A stretch of 64,000 nucleotides of DNA from Podarcis pityusensis (taxonomy: Eukaryota), in assembly GCA_964106645.2 (NCBI GenBank), contig OZ067050.1. One strand, written 5' to 3'. This document shows positions 24,909-36,900 of the stretch, in pieces. The translations under genes were made by a program, and so were the position numbers. Position 1 is the first letter of the stretch, and each line of letters begins with the position of its first letter. The notes under the pieces are model-generated. The model did not search any database. It worked only from the letters and a program-made list of their open reading frames with translations, and was not told the origin of the DNA.

Positions 24909-27900
24909 TCTCTTTTTCTCTCTCTCTCATATGGTAGGGCCACTTCTGCTAATGGCCCTGCATGCCAATTCCATACTAAAACATGAACCGATTGTGTGTC
25001 TCCTCTTGTTTTCTCCTCTGTTGTCTGCTTTAGGGGACACTCAATTTTGGTGGGATCCGCGTGGGCAATGGCCCAACTGAAGAAGATGCAGAGATAATTC
25101 AGCACGACCAGCTCTCAACCCATTCGGAGGAGGGGGAGGAGGTAAGACCTCCCATTCTTTCTTTGTACAACAAACTTTCATTTGGGAGATGTTACAAGAA
25201 GGGGTGGACCTTTTATGACTCTCCTTACATATATTACCAGATCAGACCAGGCCTGTATCCATTTACCCTCTCTTGTAGCTGACATTTACTCAAACTAGCC
25301 AAAGCAGACTGCTTGGAAACTGTGTTGCCCCAGTAACTGTTTTTCTTAAGACTAGGGAAGCTCAATTTGACACTTGGGAACACTTCCTGTAGTGTCTTTG
25401 CTCTGGCACTTGGAAAAACCTGTGGGCAGCCCCCTTCAAAAGGTGGTTGTAATAAGCTGAGGCTGTGTCTTAAGTTCTCAATAGTTTGTGGTGGACAGGG
25501 GTCCCTTTCAAGGCGGGTAGTAAAGACTTCAGGTCAGATTTGAGGGTCTGTTACAATCTCCTCGCTTCCCCATGGGAAACCTCTGAATGGGCTGCATCAC
25601 TGCTGCCCTTGTCTGCATGGGAGAAGGTCTTCCGATTTTTCCAGGCAGACCACTATGTCTCAGGGTGGTGGGAGGTGCATCTTAGCTGTGCAGGCTCTTG
25701 TTATCCGCTGTTTGAAGAGGGCATCCTTGTACGCTACCTTTGTGTACAAGGCAATCTTACTGAGATGGCTTAGACCCCTGAAACATTAATAAAAACTCAA
25801 GCATACAGGATCTCTGGTTATAGTTGGTGATGTGGCAGTTCAAAATGTAAGCCAGTTGAGCAGTGTAATGGGTCTTGTCCTGTCCTGAGGGCTGCTGTCC
25901 TAACAGAGGTTTTAGCCTTCATATAAAATGAGCATTCTCAGGGTTCCTTGCTGGAAAGCAGTTTTAAGTTCTCAGAATAGGCATTGCCATTGGTGCAAAT
26001 GTATGAACCTGCCATATCTTGAATCAGACTGTTCCACCTAGCCTTAGTGCTGTCTACCTTTGATTGACAGTGTCTCTCCAGAGTGTTAGGAAGTCTTTCC
26101 TAGCTCTACTTCCTGAGATCCTTTGGAGAATCCCTTAGAGATGCCAGGGATTAAATGCGGGTCCTTAATGCATGCAGAGTATGTGCTCTTAACTTTGAGC
26201 TTTGACACACACACCCCTACAATGCACAATGTACACTACAAGCTTTCAGAGTTTTTCACAACTGGTACACAAGAAGCACTGTAAAACTAGACTAATATCC
26301 CTCAAATTGTGATGATAGGGCTGAAACTGAGAGCTGATGGTTTGGCAAATCAGTCTTGGCCTTCTCTCCCTTGGGGAGAAGTCACAGTTGTTACCAATGC
26401 AAAATGAAGTGGAATGCAGCAACAGCAATGATAGAGCACAGTTGCATTTTAGGATATTGCACTGAAAGAGGATATGCTCTTGTGTTATCAAATGATGCAT
26501 GACCAAACCAAATATTCCCTTGTGTTTTCAAGCCTGCCGTGGAGGAGGTGGTAAGCCTGTAGCCAGTTTCTCTGTCTGTCTTTATCCAGATCATTGCTCC
26601 CATCACTGTAAACCATTTTGTAGAATTAGGCATATTTGCATCTGTGACTTGAAATTCTTTCTTCATCTTTTCATAGCATCTCATTTTGTGATGCCTCCTT
26701 CTTGTAATCAGAGGTCAATAATACCCATTTCCATAGAAAACAGCTTCATATTCATTTAAAAACAAAAGACATGTTTGTTTGAACAGCTGCATGTTCTTAA
26801 TGGGGACCCACTGCCTTACCTTTGTGGTGTGGGTTGCATATTCGTCACTGTTATGTGCACAACCTGTGCACCTCAATAATTTGTAGAACAGAATCCCAAA
26901 AGTAGCAGAAGCCTTTGGAATGGGACATGGACATGTTTGTACCTTTATTTTAAAAAGCCAACTTCCTCCATCCCCTGAACTCCAGCGTGCCCCTTAATTG
27001 CCAAATTTCCAATATCCCTGGGGCCTGCTCTTCTGGGTCTTTTTGCTTATTCCCATGGCCGTTTCCTGAAAATTCTGGCAAGACTTTACAACAGGATCAC
27101 TCATTGCACAGTTCATGCAACATCTCACTGAGAGAGCTGACTACAGACACGCTGAGGTTAGTTTTTTTACAGTTGCCGGGAGGGAAAACCCACCCCACCT
27201 GGCATTGACCTATGGTTGAGCTAAGCTGAACCATGGTTAGCACAAACACTTGAGCATGCAGGTTCCAGAAGAGGAGATCACAGTCACTTTGCTTCTGCTC
27301 CCATCCTCTTGTTACTGCAGGTTTGGCCTGAGTGTCATCAGAGTCTGGACTTGTGGTTCGTGCCACTCTAGACAAGCCACAAGCTATCATCAAGGTTTCT
27401 TGGTTTTACAGCTTGTGGTTTTTCTAGAGAAGACAAACCACGAGCCTGGGTTCAGATGACACACTGAGCCAAACTGTGGCTTAGCTCACAGCAGTGCAGA
27501 GAAGGTGCAAAATGACGTTCTCCCCAAGTTGGTTTATTGTTCTGTGCAAATTGAGCCAATCAGTTGATAAACATTCAGATTAGGAGTGACGGATGCCAGT
27601 CTTCAGGTGGGGTGTTAATGTTCACTAGCCACCTACCCAAAGTCAACAGGTCTGAACACAATCCACCAGTAAAAGGGGGAGTTAGTGGATTGGGATTCCA
27701 CAGCATATTTGCTCCTTGCTTTGACTTCTTTATGAATGACCTGTCACTTTATCTAGCTTTTGTGGAGAGCCACCTCCCTGGCAGCCAACGATAGCAAAAG
27801 TTAAAAATAGACATTTTATCTTTGTGCCTCTGCCAAGAGAAAATGCAGCAACCTCCACATCACAGTCAGTTGATAAGAGGCTCTGATCATGGATATCAAT

Positions 27901-30900
27901 GCAGTGATGGGAAATGCTGGATGGGCCCAGAAGGTTCTGCATAGGAAAAGAGCAACGCTTGAATTGTCCCCATTGCCTTTGTACAATAACCATGGAAATG
28001 CTGAGCAGTGCAGTCCTGAGGGGTCTGTTGCCAGGCTGCAAAAGTACGGAAATTAACTTAGTAAGCAGTGCATCGAAAGAACTGGAATATTGCTTATAAT
28101 TTTAATGTTGGTTTATCCATCTTCTGCTGCTGCTGCAGCCATCCTTTCAATCACCTGCCGGCTCTTACAGCATTGTGCTTTGTTGCTTGTCCTTCAAATA
28201 CATGTTGGAGATTGGCAGGGCACAGTGTCCTGCAGTTCTGATGGAGTGCAGAATGAGGCTTTGGGCACAGAATTCAGCCGCCTGAAAAAGTCAGCTTTCA
28301 CTTGCACTCCTCTTCTCCCCCCGCCCCCTAACACATTCCTAGCCCTCTTCACTGTGATGGTATGCCTGAACGTTTATGGGCAAATGCCTACTGAAATGTC
28401 AGAAGCTGGGGTGGGGGGGTGGAATGTAGCTGAACAAACTGCCCTGCTTATTGCAGGTGGGGATTCATTGCCTGCTACCATTTCTTGTTGTCCTGCCCTG
28501 CCTGCCCCCCCCCCCCAGCATGACTAGCAAAAAACCCCAGGATCAGTTATATAATTATAGTGGGGACGGGGGTGGGAACCCATCAGACTCGATTATGCCA
28601 AAAGGAGGCCAAGCAAATTTTGATGTAGAGCATGTGCATCCCTGGAGTCTAGTAATTTCATAGCTTGCTTGGCACACTCTCATCAGGGCAGCTTTTGCTA
28701 AGAATTTTTGTTTCTTGGTTCCAAAGCTTGAGGCCTAAATGTTAACAAGTAGCTTGCCTTCCTCAGTTTGAAATGTTTGCTGTGCTGGATACTGGAGGGG
28801 AATGAGAGAGCGCTCAGTTCACCTTTATCTTGGAACAGTTTTGGAACTTGGCAGCTTTAGCTGGGTGTAGTCCGTTTGATTGCTAGAAGACTCCAGAGAT
28901 TCTGAGATGTGGCAGACAAAAATACTAAGATGGGATTTTTCACAACTTTGATTTTGCAACACTTAATCTCTCTCTGGTCACTTCTCCTCCTCCTAGTTGT
29001 TATTCAAACCTTCGCCACAGTGACTTAAGCAGCATTTCCTAAGAGGATTTGGGGACGGTGGGGGATGACAGGGTGGCAAGCAAGAGGGGACAGCAGGCTT
29101 AACCAAATCTCAGCAGAGGCAAGCAAGGTCCTGTCTGGCACCCAGTTTTGTAATGGAAATGTGAGCCTCGCCTGATTGTATGCCGACATTAGTTGTTCCT
29201 AATTAAGTCCATTTCCCTTGCAGTCTGTCACTTCTGGATTCCAAGGCCACTTGAGTGCCTATTAATGCCAGGCAAATAAGGATTCTGCCATAGACACATG
29301 GATAGAGTGACTCCTGCTGTCTGTGCCTGATCCAGCTACCAAATCTTAGCTTTCAGTTTACCACCAAGAAGGGCAGGGCTGAGGAACATTCAAGTTGAGT
29401 CTTAGATCTGAACAAGCCATTGAACACTTGTACATTTTAATGGCGCTGAGTGTCCTGCAGTTTTGAGTTGTATTGAGCAAGTGATCCTCCCAAGTCTTGG
29501 TGAACAGAGAGGGAAATAGTCCGGCCAGCGTTCTAGCTGTGAGCTTTGAGTGCCCTTGCAATAGAGTTAGTTGCTGTTGCTGCTACTGCTGCTGTTCCTG
29601 CTTTCTAGCTATCTAGTCGTTGCTGCACACTCTGCCCACCGCTCAGACCTGGCTTTATTACTTCCTCTTGCAGTTTGACTTTGGGGACACTGCTGTTCAC
29701 CAGGCCATCCATACCATCGAATACTGCCTGGGCTGCATCTCCAACACAGCGTCATACCTTCGCCTCTGGGCGCTTAGCCTGGCGCATGCACGTGAGTAGC
29801 TTCACCATGGCTGGCTCTTTTGAGTCCAGGGATGAGGAAGGGGAAATCTGAGCTGTGAGAATAGGGGGAAGGTGTCACAAGCCCTTTTTCCTGTGGTAGT
29901 AGCCAATGACTTTTGTGTACTCTCATTCCAGGTCGTGTCATGTAGAGAGGGCTAGAAGACTATGTAGCAGTCTCCTCTCTGCCCAGTATCTTTTTTTGCC
30001 CACCCAAAATTCTTATTGAAATCCTCTGAATTATCTGAAGGGGAGCATTGGGTAGCTTGTGAGAATGAGTTTGAAATGTCCACAGAGTGCAGAATTTGGA
30101 CCCTAAGCAGGAGGAGGTTTTGCTTTTTCTTAAAAGGAAAATTGGTCTGGGGTGTGATTTAGGAGCACAGCTCACTTTGGGAACTCATCCAGCTTCCAAA
30201 ATCTCACTTTTATTAGAGCAGTGGGCACTGCCCTCCAAAGAGGAGCAGATAGAGTGAAGGCAGGCATGCAATCCGCTCTCCTCCAGAGCTGTGGCCCTTG
30301 CTGATTGGTGATCATTGTTCCTGTCTTTCTCATCACAGAACTTTCTGAGGTCCTCTGGTCCATGGTGATGCGTGTGGGGCTCAGCGCAAAGAGCTTGGCT
30401 GGTGGGTTCGGCATGTTCTTCGTATTTGCTGCCTTTGCCACCCTGACAGTGGCCATCTTGCTGATCATGGAGGGCCTCTCTGCTTTCCTGCATGCCCTCC
30501 GCTTGCACTGGTAAGTGTCATCTGGTACAAAAGCACAGTGGGTACAAAGTTTGCATCATGTTTGATCTCTGTCATCTCTACTTAAAGTATCTCAAGAAGC
30601 ATGGCTGGGAAGTGCTCCTGCCTGAACCCTGGGAGAGCTGCTGGCAGTCAGAGTAGACATTGGTGGACAAATGAACTCAGGTTTAGGCTGGAGAGAGGAC
30701 AGCTTTATTTGTTCAGGTCTAGTCAAGCTAATATCCATATTTCTCAGATGCATGGTTATTTGTTCTGATTGTGCTTTTTCCTTGGCCAGCATCAGCTTAC
30801 TTTCTGGGGGCTTTTCTAAGTTCAAAGGGGGTGTCCCTCCTGCATTTTAACTACTTGCAGGATAGACCTGGAAGTCCTCAGACCCGCAATATCTAGTGCA

Positions 30901-33900
30901 TATAGAATGAATGAATGAATTTTATTATTTCGGTCACAGACCAGTTCCAGCCCACATACAATATCAAGGAAGTCATAAAACATGATAGGGATACATTTGA
31001 ATTTGCAAATAGGTATAACAGGGACAATACAGATATAGCAACAGTTTAAAAATATATAAATTAAAACTTAGTCACTAACATATAACCTAAAATTATCATT
31101 TAAAACCTTAATCATTATGATAGCGCAACTTGTTCCCTAAGTTTTATGGCAATCACACAAGTGCATATAGAATAGATTGAGGCTGGGGTTAGCTGTGCTG
31201 CCGACATCATCATCTTAAAGAGTGGTCAATGTGCACTGCGAAGCATGAATGAGTGAGAGAGTTCTTTACCTGCAGATAGGTTCAATTGGGGGTTGAAACT
31301 GGCTGGTCTCAAACCAAATCTGAAGGAGTCCCTTTTTGGTCAACTTACAAGCAAGGCCTTGCATAAACCCAGCCAGCACTTTGGATCCCAGGAGCTGCCC
31401 ATAGAAAACTGCTGTAGTTTGCAAAAAGGATGGCATGCAAAGTCTTCCATGCTGTTCACTAAGATCATAGGCATAGCACTACTGGATCAGAACTAAGATC
31501 CATTTGCAGGCACATGCAAACAGCTAGAATAGTTTTAAGGACAGTACAGTAGACAAAACTGAAGACGGCCGTTCATCTTGTTTTGTTCTTTAAACCCAAG
31601 GCAGATATCTTTACATCCAGCTGGAAAAGCTTGTCAGAACAAAAAAGAACAACTAATGGGTGCCTGGTATATCTCAGCATTATTAAAAAAATATTCACTA
31701 TCCATACACCATGATTTCATAAACTTTTGCCGCCCTGTCCCTTTTTCTAAACTAAAAATTCCCAATTCTTGCAGAAAATGCTTCAGCCTCTAGAATCATT
31801 TTGCTGTAGAAGCAGAATAGTGTAAACTTAAATGAATGGACACATATAGTAAGTTTGTATGCCGTTGATGAATAATTATGATGACCATGTTGTGTCAACA
31901 CTTCCATGTGCAGTAGCAGTTTTCTTACATTTTAGAGCTGTAGGCTGCCTCCAGAATCCAGCTTGATTTTTCCTAACCCAGCTTTAACTCCTGCTCTTGG
32001 TAGGCCTGGCTTGTGACGTTTGTTTTCATGACCCTACTTCAAGTTTCAGTGGCTGGTTTGACTGGGCTCCATTCCTTGTCAGGAAAGCCCATCTTAGCAG
32101 AACAATAGCAGCTGCACCCCAAGCAATCATGACATCAGCCGTTATCTTGATCTTGTGCTAGGGGCCAGGGATTGCTGTCCTGGCCCAGCCTTTTCTTCTC
32201 TGTGCCAAGTTCAAAACAAATAAGCTTCCAGCAGGGGCCAGCTGTGTCTGGAGATAGGAGCGGTTGAGTCATTCTGCTGTAGGGCAGGAGTTGCTGTCAA
32301 TATCTGGGAGTGTACAGGAATCCCCACTGCTGATTTAAGTGACTCTTAACTGAAAACTTTGAGGAGAAAGCCAGAGAGACAACTTTGGAGTTCTTTCAAG
32401 GTGCTGTTTTCTATCAGTACAGAGCAAGTGGCTGGAGTGTGTGTTGGGGTGGGGGTGGGGGTGGGGGGTGGAGGAGAGGTTCCCTGTTGCATCAGTTGAT
32501 CATAATTTGGATAGCCGGTGATGAGCTGCAGCCAAACCATTCTCAGCAAGGTTTTCGCAAAGGGTGAAAAATTGCACATAGGTTATTTAGAGGTGCAAAA
32601 TAATGAACCTTCTGCTCCTCACATATAAATCCCTTTCCAGATTGCAATATCCATTTCCATTGGGGGGTTACGACTCCATTAGAAAATTACTATGAGCTGT
32701 TTTCGATCTGTTGTGCATGTGCGTTTTTTTAAAAAAGGCAGATGGCAAAGTTCTTTAAGGGGGGGGGGAATAAATTAGGGAGTTTGACTGCTAAGGTGCC
32801 TAAATTCAGTGCTAAGATGTGGAACTTGCAGCTCATGCATCTCTTCCCTTTAGCAGTGGAATCTGCAAGGTGGTGACACACACATATGGAAGGTAGAGTG
32901 GAGGGAGGAGACTTTGCAGATTATGTTGGCCTCAGCAAATGGTCTTTATACTGAGTCAGACCATTGGTTCATCCAGCCCAGTTCTTCCACTGGCACCAAC
33001 CCTCCCAAGCTCCCATGTCGAGCTCTGTTAACCTGGAACCCATCTGTTTTGGTGATGCCAAGGATTGCACCTTGAACCATCTGCATGCAAATGATTTGCT
33101 TTACCGCAGAGCCTTGTTGCTTCCTCTTAGAATTCAAAAGCTGAGGTGTGTCACCTTTTGCTGGAGAGGAAGAACAGTGAATCTTCTTTCCTGCTGGAAA
33201 AAATGCTTTCCATCTCTCCTTCCTCAGCCCGGCCACTCCCGGCTGGGATGGGTTTATCTCGTAACTTTTCAGGCAGCAGTACATTCCAAGCAGATGGTTG
33301 CCTTGGCTGAAAAACAAATAGTTTTGCAAAGCGGGGGCTTCCTTATCTCCGCGGCTGTGTGGGAAGCAAGTGTGTATTTCGCTGCCAGTGCCATTGGCTG
33401 ATCATGCTCTACCCCCTTAGCTGCACAAAGGGCCCTTTTGACATTTAGTTTGCAGCCAAAGGCATGTTGGAGTTCATTGTCTTGCCACCTGAGACCTTAG
33501 GAGGGCTGAGATGGAGGGCAGGATGGAGATGTGCTCCGGGGATTGATGCACAGCTGGAATGGGAGTTTCCCTACACCTTGGGCATAAAAAGAGAGCGATG
33601 GCAATGCAGTCCTCTTCTCTCTGCTTTTCAGTGTCTTAATAACTGGCATGCAGTAGAACCCTTCAGCCTTAGGGAACTGAGTTCCAAAAAAGATAACTGA
33701 GGCCAGGAAAGCAGAATGAAAGTTATCCAGTTGGCCGGCGCTGCACGATGCACAGGAGGCGAGACTTGTTCCAGTTGGAGAGGGCGAGATCTTTGGCTAA
33801 AAGCAAGGAACCACCTTAGCTCCAGATGGCTGGGCCAGGAGGTTGGGGGGTGGGGGAAGGAGGCTCAGGTAATTAGGTGCCAGTGGGGAGCTACACATTC

Positions 33901-36900
33901 CATGGCTGGAAGGAGCGGAACATTGGAACATTCCGTTGAGGGAGGATGTTCTGTAGAACTGTGTGTGTCTCCGTGTGTATACACTTAATTTGATACAGGC
34001 CTTAGTAGAATCTGAGCTAAACTCGAAAGGGGAGAGGGATTGTGTTCCTCTGCTCCTGCAGTCTTCAAAGAAGGGAGGGGACCTCCAAGTATGTGTGCTC
34101 TTGTCTAGCAGTAGGATACAATCACCAGCTCCTCTCTTGAAATCATGCAAGGCCTTCTGGGGTTGCAATCTTTTGACTCGGTGCTACCCATCTCCTCCTC
34201 TTGCCCGGGAGGGTGGGAAAGGGGGACTTTTTTGTTCCTGACCACCTGCAATTTCTCCGTCCACCATCTAATCCTGCAAATGGGAGCCCCTTCCAACCGC
34301 TTTCCACGCCTCTACTTGGGGCATGTGGAAGGTAATGTTTCCAGACACAGTGTTCCCTGGACCCAACGGCTGGCAATTCATAAAGTTCCTGGGCTGAATT
34401 GCTGCGTGCCCATTGGAGAACAGTGAAACTGAGACCGAGGAGCTCCCCCACCCCACCCCTTTGGATGTGAACCACAAATTTCTTGCCTGCCTCTTGATCA
34501 CGCAATGCCTGTTGCCAGAGACATGAGTCTTGAAACTCGCTAACTTCTTTTAAAAAAGGCTTGAAATATGGCCGCCCCCCCTCCCGCTAGCCCCGTGTCC
34601 CTGCCAATTGGTGAAACAAGTGGAGAGGAGCAGAGCGCGCAGCTGTTTCCAGTCTGTAAGTGCAGCTGGCACACCCTGGATATGCTGGGAATGCTTGGCG
34701 GTCTGGCAGCGCAACTGGTATTCTCAGTCAGGGGGGAGCTGTTCGCCGTCCAAGCGACGTGGGCATGCTGGCGGGGGCAAAGAGAGCGGAGGTGGTGGTG
34801 TGGGCTGTTGCAATCCTCTGCCCTTTCGCTCTGCAATGGTCTTCCCTTCTTAGCTTATCAGAGGCTGCATTTTGCTTGCGTCTGGGGTATATCGCTTCAG
34901 GCTATGGGTGGGCGGCTCATGTGACTGAGCTCTCCTTCTTAACATGCACAAATCTCTGCATGTAGAAAGGTGGTGTATCAGGAAGAAGAGCTCTAGCATA
35001 ACCTTTGCCCTGATGCACTAGTCTTCTGTGTGCAAGGATTTTGCTCGTGTGGGTTTGGCAGGCGAATTGTGAAATTGGAGATTTTGCAAAGGGAGAGAAG
35101 GCTAGTTCATATTGGTAGCTGACAAATTCCATCTGTGCCTTTTGCCTTTTGGGGGAAGGTGTTGCATTTGCTTGCAAAGGTGTATGAGAGTTTGCTTGAT
35201 CCATTATGCCTTCTCACTGCCCCTGAGTTAAATGAAGTTTCTCTGTGTTCTCTGGTGTATTTGGGTTTGCAAGATGGATGTTAGTCTTTAAAAAGAATCC
35301 TGCACTTGAAACATTCCACCCTAGAGGAGCAGCGGCAGCAAATCAACTCGTACTCCGTTTTTCTCTGTATCTGGCAGATGAAGGGGATGGAAAATGTTTC
35401 TCACCACAGAGCCAAGAGAAGAGCACGGGGTTTGTTTTCTTAATGAATCATGGGGTTTTTCTTTCCATGTTTGGTGCCTGTTTATGATTGGGCAGCCTTC
35501 CAATACCATTCCCTTTACATTTTGAGTTCATTAGTGGAAACGGCAAAACAGCAAAAGAAACAAACCGATCCTGGAATGCAGGCCTCTGTTCCTTTCTCTG
35601 GTGTTTCCCTGTGGCACCCTGAAGTTGGTGATGGAAGAAGAGGGGCTCCAGACTGCTCTAGTTCAAAAGAAAGACGTCTCATTTGCCGTGGCTTAGATGG
35701 GCATTTAGAATAGTTTTTGGAGTGCAGCTGAGGTGAGCTACACAGATCTGAAACGAACTGTGACCTTGCTTTTTGTATGGTATTCCAGTACTGAATCTTT
35801 ACCTTTTTTGCCAAAATGGAAGATTTTCGTTCCACTTTGTGAAATGTATCGAAGCCTAATCAACTTGAATCGTTCCCTTCCCTTTTCTTTTTGAGGGGAA
35901 CATCATAGGTTAGGGAAGACATGATAACAGTGACCCTGACTTGGCTGGGTGAACCTAAGACTTTGGATTGATGTCCAGGTAATGGCCTTCCACAAAATCA
36001 CTACTGGGAGAATGTGGCATACTTGCAAAGTTCCCTGGCATAGATACAACCCCGAAGGCCTTGCAAGAACTGGGAGGGGGGAATCCGGGTACCTATGCCA
36101 TGTTGTGCTACACCCCTGTGGTTTATTTGAAAAAGGCCTTGGGAGACCTCAGTTCAAACCCCTCTCGTCCATGATGCGTTAGGATCAGTGACTATATTTC
36201 AGCCTAGCCTGCCTCACAGTGAATGGCGAGGATAAAATATGATAACCTCCATGTATTGCCCTGAACAATTTGGAGGAAGGTGGAATACAAATACGGTATA
36301 CACCACATGAAGCGCTCTCTCCCTTGCTCTCTCTGTATGTGTGTTAGAATCTTGGCTGGTTCTGAGGTGGGTTTCTAACTGGTCACCCCTGGGAATTTCA
36401 AGAAAATCATCATCTGTGGGAGGATGCAGAATGCTCTTTGGAATTCTGAACCATCAAATCATCCTGACCTCAGAGATGAGGAATAGGATTCTGCATCGCT
36501 GACAGTCCAGAATTCTAAAGAGCCTGTCCTTGCAGGGGTTGTCACTCACGGTTCTTCTGGGGTATATCCATGAAAGCTGCTTCGGTGCCTGGTTTCCTGT
36601 TGTGATGCTAAACCAGATGCAGAGGAGAGAGTCTAAAGTAGTGCTGTGTTGGGCATTCAGTCCAGGTGTGCCCCTTGCCCTGAGCCTCCTAGACACATGG
36701 TTTAGCAGAGATAGACATAACCACAATGATTGTGTTTTTCCTCCATTGTCAGAGGTAGTGTGCCCCCTGAATGCCCACTTCTTGGACTCACGAGTGGGTA
36801 GAGTGCTGTTGCGCCCAGGTCCTGCTTTGGGGCTCCGCATGGGAATGGGGTTAACCACTGTGAGAACAGGGGGCTGGACTAGATGGGCCTTTAGCCGGAT

